From Selaginella moellendorffii (taxonomy: Eukaryota > Plantae > Lycopodiophyta), in assembly GCF_000143415.4 (NCBI RefSeq), contig NW_003314265.1, positions 2,212,777 through 2,276,776 of the forward strand: DNA of 64,000 nt, read 5' to 3'. The notes under the pieces were generated by a model. The model ran no database searches and was not told the origin of the DNA. It worked only from the letters and a program-made list of their open reading frames with translations. Positions 42,743-55,070 of the stretch are shown piece by piece. A program made the translations under genes and the position numbers. Numbering within the stretch: position 1 is the first letter of the stretch; every line of letters starts with the position of its first letter.

Positions 42743-45700
42743 ACACTTCCACGTGTCATGTGTTGGTCCTTTTTGGGTCCCTTTTTGGAGCCTTGCTTAT
42801 TGCTCGCTTCGTGCTCGCTCCTTGAGCTCTTTGTTGGGAGTTCCACTCCCACTCTCGACCTTCCAAGTCAGAGCTTTTAGTCCAAACGTGTTACACTCGT
42901 TTGACTTTCACTTCGGCCACTACCACGTGGCACCCTTTCGGGCTCCACTTTGGGGCCTAGGGATTTTGTGTTTCACAACTCCACCACCCATAGACGAAGT
43001 TCGATGTCCTCATCGAACGGTAAACCATTTTATAAAGTAACACCCGCATGTGTTACCATCTCCATCCTTGGCACCTAGCCAATATTAGTCAATGGTTTGA
43101 CATTGAAGGCTCACCATGCCTTCTCCATATTCGTCAATGGTTTGACACCAAAGGGTCACCATGCTTTGCCTATCCTCTAAGGAGGGTAGTCTCTCCAACT
43201 TAGAGACTGATTAGACCACACGTAGTGGTTCTCTCATTTTATTGGTTTAGTTCTCGCTAAACCTCTTAGAGACCCTTCTCTAAGTCAATCCCTACTACTC
43301 CTTCTCGAGTAATCTCAATTTCCATCAATTGAATGTTTGCACCTTGGAACTTTTACTCTTTGACTTCTGGAAGTCAATTTCCTAGGTGTCTCCAACACCT
43401 TGCGTTGCACATATTGTGCAACTCCACTTCCTCATCCTAGGAAGTTCTCTACCAGTTTAGGGTTTAGGCACCATCATCCTCTCTTCTATTTCATGCCACC
43501 TTAGGCACTAAGTTCCAGTTATCATACTTTGTGCTAGAGCTGTCCATGGCCCTATCATTTGGCTACCTTACCTTGGAGCTTCCCCTTTCGCCAAATCAGA
43601 GCAATTCAGAATCCATCCTTGGAAACACACTTCCTTTCCCGCAATTTGTTAGCGTCCAACACATTAGTGTTCCTCACCTAACTTTGCCACTTGGATTCCT
43701 TCCAAGGGATTCCATGGCCCTATCTTGGCCACTCATCTTTTGCTCCTATCCATTGATTATTGCACCAAGCAATACTGAATTTCTACCTCCCTCTTTGAGG
43801 TATTCTTTTGATTCCATAGCAAAGGCTCTGCTTTGCCAAGACTAGAGTGTTCACCCCTAGTAAGTTTCTTTAGCATTTTCTGCTGTGGGCTCTATCCACG
43901 GCCCAACTTCATGACCCTCCCATGGGTCTCTTATAGAGACTACTTTCCTCGGGCACACTATGCCATCGCAATGACATAGCTCATTTCCCTAAGGTGTTTT
44001 TCCCACTTGGTCACATTGACCAAGCCACACCATCATTAATAGTTCAAATCAACACTTTGAACTAAGGACCTTATTCCTTAACCCAAACAAGGACCTTGTC
44101 CTTTATTAGTTACAAGATCACCTAGTGATCTCACCTCGGCACCTTAACAGGTTTGCCAATAGGTACTAGGTCTTCCAGACCTTTAACTTGTTAACTACGA
44201 CCCTGGGGGCATCCCTCACACTTGGCGGTGCGCCCAAACCAGCCCTTCCGACCAAGGGTCCATAGCAACTGAGACTGGGTGTCCCCATCTCATTCACCAC
44301 GTCCTTGGTGCCACTTGCACCAAAGTGTTCAAGTTAGATATGCTGAGCCACACTAAGCAATTTAACCGTGCATCACGACTTCGAGACATCCCTCGCTTGG
44401 CGGTGTGCCCAAACCAGTCTCCACACTGAGAGTCCATGACCACCGAAAAATGAGTGTCCTCATATTCTAAACCATCACCACGCCCTAGTGAGTTGGGACT
44501 CGAACCCAAGCACTAGAGGGTCGGGACTCAAACCCAACCTCCATATATGCATCTACGGACAGCATCACCCAGGATGCCTGGCGTGACTCCCCACACTGGT
44601 GCACCAACTTATACTCAAAGCGCGCTATAGATCACAGCTTAGGAACTTAGTTCCTCCACGCTGCCAAGTCCTCTCACTTGACAAGTCTGTGATCATGCAT
44701 GGACTCCTCCATGCTTGGCCCCATGGCCCATCCTTTTTGAAGTTATCACCTTCAATTAGGATATTTGTTCCCCTGACTTGCCAATCTCGCTTTGGCAAGT
44801 CTTCTGACCACTGTAACATGGTTCCTGCACAAGCGTGAAGCCCTTGATCATCAACTTTCGTTCAAAGCCTTCTCTTTGAACACTCAGGAATTACTTCCCT
44901 AACCTTGATAGCCTTGCCTCATGGCAAGCTTCAAGACCACGCTTCTACTGCGCCATTCTGATTTCGCGCATTCTTTAAACCATTTACGCTTGGCCTTTCT
45001 AGGCACCAAGCTACCTAGAATCATCTTTGGGAACCTTGAAGGAACTTTGTCCCTTAACTTGCTAAAGCCTCCTTTTTTGCAAGCTTTCCAATTACCATAT
45101 AGTCTAACATGGACAATTCCATATTTTAGACTCTCCATGGCATCATGGTTGCTAGCGGCAACACCCTTGAGCCCCCACTTGATTCTCCACTCCCAGCTAG
45201 CATAACCAACCTTGGTTATGCCCTTCGATTCCTATGGTTCGGTTCTATCCCTTTACTTCTTGCTTTTGGCTTCACACCTTTCCTTCGGTCATTCTCCTCC
45301 AGACTAGGAGGATAGCTTTGCACTTTCTATCATGCCTTAGCAAGTATTCTTAGGGATGAACTTACCCGATAGCCTAGGGAGTGGTTCCTCGATCCAGATA
45401 TGCTCACCCTATAATCCCACACATCGGGATTACGCTGTTGCTTACAGGCCTTTACATGCCCATCACTAGCCTTGCCAAAATTCCATTTTTGGCTCTGTCC
45501 AATTTGAGTAGACAGTCTTCTCCTGTCTCCGCTAACTTTGGACATTTGGATAGCACCATTTCTATCCATCATTCGCTAGGGACTTAGTCTCTTGGGCCTT
45601 ATTTATTACCCTCGCGACATCAAACACCACCTCCTGGTGTTCTAGAGTGTTCGGGTGTCCCAATGATGGCTTCCTTGACAATGAGTATTTCCTTTTATGA

Positions 45701-47638
45701 CATTGACTTACTATATCGCAACATAAGCAACTTATCCCCCGTAAGGGTATGTCCAACTTCCCTATGCCATTAAGAAGGCTTGGGTAGCTACTTTCTACCC
45801 GTTTAACCAATTATTTTTCACCTCTTGCTTAGTTGCCTCATAGTTATCAAGTCCTACAACTCATTGCTGGTGCTTCCACACCTCCATCATTATTTGGGTC
45901 ACGACACTCCAACTGCATGCTTTGCCGCTTAGGCTATGTCATTCCCATTTCCATTGGGATTCCTTTGGCAAGGGGTTCTCATGAACCCACCAACATAGCC
46001 TCAAGGTATTACCCCTTAGCCCATTTGGTGTCTCCACACCATCGGCTCCACGAGCCTACCTTTATGACACTTCTTCTTTGTGTCTAAGTTTTTGCCAAGA
46101 CCAATACCGCTCTTTCTCATGCCAACCATCTGTTAGCACTGCACCATAGAGGTCCTCTTCCGTATTTGAACTCCCACGGTCATTACTTCTGGTCTCACAT
46201 TCATGAGCACTAACCTCAACTATATGAGGATAATCTTGTGACTCCTTTATTGCTTTGGAGTCTTTATCTTTCCTGTGATCCCAACTATAGTTGTTTACCA
46301 CAACTACATTGGCCATTTACTGAGTCAAACGCTCATTTGGATCACATCCTCAACTCTCTAAGGAAAACCATATACTGTTCCCAAGATCCCAAAGTCGTTC
46401 CCTTACTGGCCCCTTTTTTATCCACCACATCGCCCAAGTTCACGCATGAACTTGAGTGGAGAGCCATGTCCTCTCGACATGCTACTCCTCAAGGATAGGC
46501 CCACTCCTAGGACCTTCCGATGCCAACATCAATGGTGATATACTTGAGCACCAATAAAAGTCAGACTAAGGAACAGTTCCGATACCAAATTGTAGGCGAC
46601 TAAATTTTCCATTCTACTTTAGTCACTTAACCACACCTCCAATAACTTGGAGGAGTCTCACTCACAACCTCCATAAGTCTTATTTCAGACTTGGGCTTGC
46701 TAGCCCCGAGAATGGCATCCCCGCCACTCAACCTTTACACTTGATCCAAGTGCTCCACGTGTCCGATCCCATGACCAACACCCCAAGGTACCACCGACAT
46801 ATCAGCCCGTTACGCTAAGGCCATGCCCCTTTACCTTGGTCACACCAGTGGTCTAACACCACCTGCATCACAGTCCCATTTCTCAAGGACTGAGCCATCC
46901 GTCCATGAGTGTTCATTTTAGATCCACTCCTTAGGATTCTTAAGATGCCCACAGACATGGGGAATAGCCTTCCCCAATACCCCTTTTCCGGTCTTCACCA
47001 AGTCCTATTCTGCCCATGGCCGTGTTCGCCAACACTGCCACTGGATCGAGGCCCACAGGCCCGACCACTAAGTCCCACGGTCCTCTAGGACTTCCTCACC
47101 ACTCGACTGTATCCTTGCTCACTACACCGGAGGACTATTCCTCTTCCTTTCCACAGTCTGGGCCTTTGGGACAACATTTCGGAACACCGTGGCCCTATGC
47201 GGGCCTCATGGGTACTCTCCCCGCCTTCCGCCTTTGAGTGCTCTAGCCATGGGCTTAGAGCGAGGTTCCGTTGAGCCACACCTGGTATCCAAGTAGGTAG
47301 TGCCACCCACACTTGGACTAGGAGCATCGGCCAGTCGATCTCCCGGGGGAACTAGAGCCGGCTCTTGAACACTTCACCAAGCTACCTCACTTGTCGGTCC
47401 GTATTCACTCTAGTCTTGGACTTCCTAGTGGTCAGTTCATCACCCAACACTGGGTATGGCCTTCCCGGGCCAAACTAGCCTTTCCTGGCCCAAACTAGCC
47501 TTTCCTGGCCAAACTAGCTCCACTGGGCTTTAACCCCCACCCTCTCCCTACTATACTTTTGGAACCCCCGCAGCCCCCCCCCCCCCCCCCCGGGGGACGA
47601 TCGCTTTGGGCTTTCACCCAACTGCCTGTATTAGTATT

Positions 47639-48093
47639 CGGACTCGGACTTGGTCTCGGTCCCGGTTTCGGACTCGGACTTGGTCTCGGTCTCGGTCTCG
47701 GTCTCGGTTCCATCTCGGACTCCATCTCGGACTCCATCTCGGGTCCATCTCGAACTCCATCTCGGACTCCATCTCGGGTCCATCTCGGACTCCATCTCGG
47801 GTCCATCTCGGGTCTATCTCGGACTCCATCTCGGACTCCATCTCGGACTCTATCTTGGGTCCATCTCAGATCCATCTCGGACTCCATCTCGGACTCCATC
47901 TCAGACTCCATCTCGGACTCCATCTCAGACTCCATCTCGGACTCCATCTCAGACTCCATCTCGGACTCCATCTCAGACTCCATCTCGGACTCCATCTCGG
48001 GTCCATCTTGGACTCCATCTCGGGTCCATCTCAGACTCCATCTCGGACTCCATATTGGACTCCAACTCAGGTCCGCCTCAGACTCCATCTCGG
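47639..48093. repeat. 6-bp/12-bp minisatellite in right LTR
   Basis: Same units with a shorter 6-bp block and a longer 12-bp block than in the left LTR. Confidence 0.95.
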
Positions 48094-48999
48094 ACACTTC
48101 CACGTGTCATGTGTTGGTCCTTTTTGGGTCCCTTTTTGGAGCCTTGCTTATTGCTCGCTTCGTGCTCGCTCCTTGAGCTCTTTGTTGGGAGTTCCACTCC
48201 CACTCTCGACCTTCCAAGTCAGAGCTTTTAGTCCAAACGTGTTACACTCGTTTGACTTTCACTTCGGCCACTACCACGTGGCACCCTTTCGGGCTCCACT
48301 TTGGGGCCTAGGGATTTTGTGTCTCACAAACACTTAACGCCAAATATCCCAAGACCCTTAACTAATTGGAAAAGGGGGTGCACTCTTGTTCATGGGCCCT
48401 TTCCCTTTATATTTAAACCCCAGCAGATCATCTCTCAAGTCATTCCCTTTGGTTGCTTACATTGTCCTTATTCTGCATCCAGCTTAAGTTTAATCCTAAG
48501 TTCCATTTCATGTTAGTTGGTGGAGTACTCATGTCCTTGCATTAGGCCACCGATATGCCAAAATAGCGCTAGACTCTGTTTGGCTCCGTTTTGTGTGTTG
48601 GTCCTAACAATGGGATGCTAGTTGCTCCAAGACTGTTCCAAGTCGCTCCGGGCTCCTGTCCCTTTGCTCCTTAGGCTGTATGCTCGGGAGTTGCTCTATG
48701 GTCTAGTTCTGTCACTCCTTGGCTCCATGCTTGGGAGTTTGGCACCGTTCCTTCTTTCAGTGGCCCAAGGCCCTGAACCTCAAGTTCTGCACCACTGTCC
48801 TTTGGACACATGGTATATAACATGTGGTATGTATCATGTGGCACATGGAGGGTTTAGGTTCTGCTTCGTGGTGTTATCCTATGGTAAATCACTATAGGAT
48901 AAAGGGTAAAAACCACGTGCGCTACAACAAGTGAGGATATTTGCAATGGTGGCATCATGTGGAGACTCACTCTTGCTATAATGCATCTTCACTACATCA

Positions 49000-50400
49000 T
49001 CCTAAAAGAGCGGGCAAAATTGAGTTGACTCTAAGAGTGGATGAGCCGGTGGCTCCCATGTCTTGGCAAAATGTTAGATAGCAAAATCCATTGGCAATGG
49101 CACCCCCCAGACTCTCTTCTACGCTCTACTCAAAGGGGGGACATAGACATCAACACGATCCAAAGGAAACAACCACATCCACTTCTACTCCAAAACTAGG
49201 TCCAATTGAGACACTAGAGGATCATAGAGTAGCTCGTCTAGAGGGTAGTATGCCCAATTTTTTATATTAGTCCCATTAGAACATGGGGAATGTACATATA
49301 TGGTTTATCTTAGATCCAGCAATCCAATCTAAAAGGCTGCCAACCTTTGTTGACTAGTATCCACTACTCAATAATAGTAAAAACTAGTGTTCTACCATCT
49401 GGCCAATTGAAATGAAATGTCTAGCCAGACATCATAAATCATCACATCTTTGCCATTTGGATGCTGAATATGAATTGATCTAGTGCCAAGAAATAATGGA
49501 TGATGTCATCACTAGAGAAGGGCTAGAGTGTCACAAAGAGCTCCTTTACAGCAACCACAAGGTGTGTAGTGTACTCAGGATGTCCATTAAACATGTCATC
49601 CATGCCATACTGGTGGCTCCATTAGAGTTGTGATTGTCATCCAGCTGGCATTGCCCCTTTGGGGACTACTAGAGGTCTTGCCCTCTAGCCTCATTTCATT
49701 GTTGTTTAACCGGGTCCCTTCCTGTTGACAAGTGCTGCACCGCAAGTTAAAGTCATGCCACTCACCTTTCTTGCATTAATATTGTCACCACCACGCTCTT
49801 GAGATGACAACTACTTCGAACTTAGGCACTAAAGAAAATAATGGCACAACTTTGATCCTTGTGTCACCATAGCAATGCTGGTAATCTACCCTTCACAACA
49901 AACTAGTGATTTCTCATACTGGACCAGCTCTGTCATAAAATGTTGTTGAGTGTGGGTGTCTTGCTTGCTAAGAAGCCACAAGTAAGAGCATATTGCGTGT
50001 AAGACTGTGTTGAATTTCAATTTAATAAGAAGAACAATGTCTAGAGCCTTCCTTTACATCCAAGTGATGAATTTCTGAACTGGTTCTCCAAGCTCTTGTA
50101 AAATTCATCATTCCAAATGAAGATATCGACATCTTCTGTCACATGGGATCCCATAACTTCGGTTCACATTCATCCAGGATCGTTCCACAGCAAGACCGCA
50201 TCATCTCTCAAAGAGGAATAGACTCCAAGTTCCCAGCCTGTTTCAATAATCATCCCTCATGCATAATGGCAGATTTCGAGACATCAATGTACAACAATCC
50301 AGGAACCATTAGAGTGAGCAGCCAGGTCTAATAATATGAAGGGCAATCACCCTAATCAAGGTGTCCCATCTATAATCACAATTTTTTTTCAATACCTATA
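49000..50400 (-). mobile_element. Highly degenerate Copia-like 5' part (gag/protease/integrase N-terminus)
   Basis: Weak minus-strand motifs: SLENQFRN (gag-like), SIHIQHPNGKDVMIYDV..LARHFISIGQM (post-protease), SLGGA...YLTF (integrase start). Confidence 0.5.
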
Positions 50401-51789
50401 TTCCCTTCCAAAATAAATTTAGTGGCATGTCTACTTTTAAAAAGTGATGAGTTTCCTTTACTAGTCAGACATTAGTCAACGGCCAAAGACCACTAATAAC
50501 ATCAGCTAGAATTGAGCATGTTCTCACCATGCCAGGAAATTGTCTCCAGGAAATTGTCTCCATCCAACACTTTCTTATGTGGCTAGATTTAATTTTTTTA
50601 GGAAAAGTTAATGTTCTGGCAAGTCCAACAACAGAGATACACGTTATATAATTGAAGCTTATTAGGATAAAACCACATAAGACTAAGAAAATCTAATTAT
50701 TTTTTACTATCCTTTTATGGTGTCAGTCAAAACTGAATTTAAGGGTAAATATTGGTGTGAAAAGGCTCTTAGAATTATATGGCTATTAACCACATGCAGA
50801 TAATACTTCAAACTTGATCAAAAGTAAGGGATTGTAACTTGTTGTTCAATTGATCATTTGATATATAACTTAGTCAACAATTTCTCAAAAACAAATTCCA
50901 AACTTAGTAGCAACCACTTCTAAGTTAATACAAGGTTAAAACAATTGCAAACTTTGTCTCCACATCTAATTTGTTTTTGAACCTACTTTTTAAGCTTATA
51001 TAAAGTTTTACAATAGAGAAAATTAAATATAGATCTAGACATTAAACATCCTATCATTATAAAAATGTGTTAAAGTGTGATCCATGATTTATAGTATAAC
51101 CAAATCTCTAGCAAAACTCTTCTTTTCTTTTTCCATACATCCTCAATAGTTGCCCTCTACCCATAATTTTCCCATCAAGATATTAGTATTATTAATTTGG
51201 ATGTAAATCATATTCAGTAAGAAGAAATTTTTAGCTCTATATATATCCACAATTCAAACGAAAAATAAATTTAAAACGACTATAAGCTCTGTACTTAATT
51301 TATTTAGATGGTGAAAGATATTTACACGTGTGTGGATTTATTTCTTTGTTTTGAGTTGCATGAAAACTATTATGCACACAATCACTTTTCAATTGCTGTA
51401 TGAACAATTAAAACACGATTATGTATATAATATTTTTGTCATGGGTTATGCCATGTATACATAGGCATAACACCTTAGACTGCTATGTAAAATTGATGCC
51501 ACATCATCCAAGATAACATGACATCACCACAAATTTAATGAAGGTTTTACATAGGTAAATATGTAATGCAAGTTTTATACAAGCAAGTATGCAGTGCTCA
51601 TTTATATTATGTAAGAAAAATCTTCCACAACTCTTCTTTTTCTTTTACAATGTTATATAAAGATGAAATTTATGAATAATATGTGGAGCAATAGGATAAA
51701 AAGCACCATATTGAATGGGAGTTTTTTGTTTTGTCATAGCATCACACATTATAATGGAGTGCCTAATTAGTGCTTTCTTGGTCAAGCAT

Positions 51790-52560
51790 GTAAATATTAA
51801 TTTCCATATAAATTAGCTATAAACATATATGTAACTTTATTACTTTTATCAATCTCCACCAAAGTGTTGTAACAATCTTCCAACCCTTCACATTTTTCCA
51901 CCTTTTATATGCACTCAAATGGTAGTCCAAGTTACACAGCTCGGCTCTAGAGGCATAGATTCTAACACCATCATTGCCTCATCTAAATTGTTCCAAGAGA
52001 TTAATCACTCCATGGTAGTGCTCATGCCTAACATAGATCTTATACTTCGTCTCTATTGCATACTTTGCTTGTTTCATAAGCTTTATATGGCTACAAGCAT
52101 TGATGTATTGGGATGAAGGCTAAGATTTTGTATGCTATGAAAGCTTTCAAACAAAGAAGCAATATCTCTTTAATGCTATATCTATTTACAAGTGTTGTCC
52201 AAGCTATAAGAGTTTTTGACAACATCAAGTTGAAAACCTATTGAAGTGGGACTATTCTTCCAACTTTATAAATGACTTGGTTGCTCTTCAGTCTATAGTA
52301 GCAAATCTCTACATGAACTCTTCATCCCAATTGCCAAGTGCTAATGCTGTTGCAAGCTTTAAGTCCTCATTACCGATTTTGTTACTTTGAGCTGTCTAAC
52401 AATGCAAAGTCATGCTTTGCTTCAGTGCCACTAATTTCACAAAACCTCTATCCATGTCCCTACTTTCTTCTTTAGTAGAAAGAACTCAAGCACTCCTTGA
52501 AAGTAATCCCATAGTTTCGTGAATTTTGCATATAACATTTAGATTGTATAGCTTGAAATA
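51790..52560 (-). pseudogene. Decayed PLS-class PPR (E-domain) pseudogene
   Basis: Minus-strand fragments LKACNSI, VFNLMLSKTLIAWTTLVNRYS, INACSHI, EHYHGVINLL, LDEAMMVLESMPLEPSCVTWTTI, TYMFIANLYG, with stops and frameshifts; AT-rich. Confidence 0.75.
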
Positions 52561-53334
52561 GTTTTAACACTGTTTTGTACTGTCTGTTCTTAAATGGATT
52601 TTTCACATTCTTAATCACATGCTAAATTTTTGGGCATTGTAATAGTTAATTACCTAAGCACACAACAATGGCAAGCTTAGTCCACAATATTTAAAATGTG
52701 CTAAAAAATCCAGCTTGCTTGTTGAAAAATATTATGTCTACAAGCCTTTAGTCTAAACCTTACTAATGTGTAGAAAAAAAAACTAATGTAAAGTTAAGAT
52801 TTACATAGCATAAAAATTGCACTTGGACTTTGCCTTACATACATGACAAACACCAATGCATACTTATCCATAAAAAAATATTGTGTTTAAAATATTATTT
52901 TGTGAGTAACACATATAATAGTTTAAGCACATATGTGTTTTTTTAAAATATATTTTGGAGGTTACTATAATATTTTGCCAAGCCACCCACCCCAGATATA
53001 CTTTTCTTCTTGGGACAAAAGTTGCTATCATAAACTGCTTACCATACCTAAGGCTATGATAAATAAAAGATGTTCTTTTAAGTGCTCTATCTCTATCATC
53101 AAGAAGACTAAAAATTATGATGGAGAACTTTCACACTCTTAATTAAAAATATTTTCTAGATTCATGTATTATTATTATTATATCTGTACAAACTGAAATC
53201 AGGTGAAAGGTCATTAAAAAGGGACCAGAGTAGTTGAGGCATCCCAACCACCATATGAACCACTGCAACAACTAAAGCACAAAAAGAAACAGAAAAAGAA
53301 AAAGAAGGAATCAAAAGTGTAGAGCTCCATACAC

Positions 53335-53497
53335 TTCCAGTCACTGGCCGTGAAAGACAGGTTCCTGAGAAGTTTAGTGATTAATTCTGTGTCTCGTCTT
53401 CTTCAGCAAGGCAAGCCAGCGGAAGCGGCTCCAGGAAGATCAGAGCTACGACCCTCTATCAGATGAGGAAGTGGCAAAGGAGCACCGAAATGTGTGA
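53335..53497 (+). pseudogene. Degenerate duplicate of the TOL gene 3' end
   Basis: Aligns to 35513-35716 (cactggccgtgaa..gagaagtttag..gcaagccagcggaa..ggaagatcagagcta..gaagtggcaaagg..caccgaaa) with several deletions. Confidence 0.88.
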
Positions 53498-53578
53498 GCG
53501 ACTATCACCAATCTCGTGGTTTCGTTGCTCCCTCTTTTTGTAAAAACCGACTGGTCATATATATACAAATGTTCTGTG

Positions 53579-54890
53579 TCACGGTTTTTTTATCTGATCA
53601 TTGACTTGGCCGGTCTTGGCCTGCTCTGGATCGTTCTCCAGGACTTCGTAGTAGTAAGCGGCATCAAGCTCATCGACCTTGTCAGCTTTGTAGTAGAGGA
53701 AGTAGTGCTGAAAGATGAAGAGAATGTCGAAAGCGATGCATTCCTACGTAGAATACAGGGAACGTGGAAGAGTATGAACGTGGAAGATTAGAAACGTGTA
53801 TACAGGGAACGTGGAAGACTAGAATTGCAGTGACGTAGAAACATACCAGCGAGATTCCCAGTTTGCCAACGTTCCCGGAGAAGTTCATGGTGGAGCCTGT
53901 GCGATTGGAGAGTCAAGATCTCTAAAGCCACACAACTCGAAAGGCTTACGTTGGTCGATGGATTGCACTGCCATCTGGAGAATGTTGGCGATTCCCCCCG
54001 ACAAATCGAGGGGAATGGTTGCTATGCTCCAGCCAACGGTGCTCTTCCTCCTGAAGTTCATCCAAGCCTGTTGATCGCATGAAAACGATCTCGACACTTT
54101 GGGTGATGTGATCACAGCTTTATTACCTGAGGGATGTACTTGATCACTGCCATCACCATTTGTATGATGCTGCGCAAGATTAAGAGTGTTCAAGCAACCA
54201 ACAGATTAAGAGAATTGGATCTTACTTGAAAACTTGGACGAGCCATAGCCAGCGGCCGCTGGGAAATGCGACGATGAGACCGGTCAATCCGGCTAGCCAA
54301 GCTCCCAGGGACACCAAAACTCCAGCCTCGGACACCCTTTGTCCTCCTCTCTAAAAGGGACACCAAAGTAAGCTTGTCACCTTTCTCTTCAGCTTGCTTT
54401 GTTACCTCGTACAGGAAAATTTGCACAATTGTGAATCCTGCGAGGAGCACGGCGTGGATCGAGAACGCAACGTCGTTTGCAGCAACTGGAATCAGCTGGA
54501 ACGTGGAGAAGGATTCAGGGGTCTTCGTCCATCTCTCAATTACGCACCTCGTCACGACCATACTTGTCGTGGTACTGCCTTTGGACGACAGGGCTGAAGA
54601 AGACGGCGGCGTTGTAGATGAGATACGAGGAATGCTTGGTGAAATTGAGCACCTGGAAATCGAAGTTCAATCCCACGACGCTGCAAGCAATCAAAAACTA
54701 GCTTGAGAAAAGCGCAAAGGGGATGAAGCGAGAATTGGAATAGTTTTCTTCCGGCAGCGATCAATGCGTACCTCTTTCGCCGGTAATTGAGCAGCGCTTG
54801 CGGGTAGAAGCTGATCGACCACACTGCAAACGCAAACCATCCAAGAATTTGATAGATTGCGCTCAAAGAGCTGGAGCTCCAAGACGCCAT
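53579..54890 (-). CDS. Cystinosin homologue, copy B (tandem paralogue)
   Basis: Same exon structure as copy A; [56 protein letters not shown]; reading frame appears open. Confidence 0.88.
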
Positions 54891-55070
54891 TCCCCCGCTC
54901 CCCCCTCCAATGATCAGCTTAACGAATCTTATATAACGTTTCGTGTATCGTGAGAAACAATCCTAGCCGTTCGATTGGATACCTTATTCGTATAAGAAAC
55001 GACGCTCTTTTGTCAAATGAATTGTTCTCGGCACAACACAAAAAAAGAGAAGAGAAGATTTTGGCGCAAG

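Larger units (their letters stand above)
41281..48328 (-). mobile_element. Two-LTR non-autonomous (LARD-like) retroelement; LTRs 41281-42977 and 46591-48328, internal 3.6 kb without intact ORF
   Basis: Two highly similar ~1.7 kb direct repeats beginning TGTAGG and ending TCACA; minus-strand PBS TGGTATC (initiator Met type) at 46581-46587; PPT-like GGGTGGTGGAG next to the left LTR; TSD gacac/aacac. Confidence 0.9.
40537..48926. mobile_element. Putative solo LTR (40537-41280 plus 48329-48926) split by a younger LTR element
   Basis: Termini TGTCGC...GCTACA (imperfect TG..CA inverted ends), flanks acaat/acaag (4/5 TSD match), minus-strand TATA box at 40911-40920, no coding capacity. Confidence 0.5.

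Noticed and set aside
42081-48337. ORFs of 150-320 aa with SEME/DSIS/HLGL/RSRS repeats
   Set aside because: They are translations of the stop-free 6/12-bp LTR minisatellite, open in several frames on both strands.
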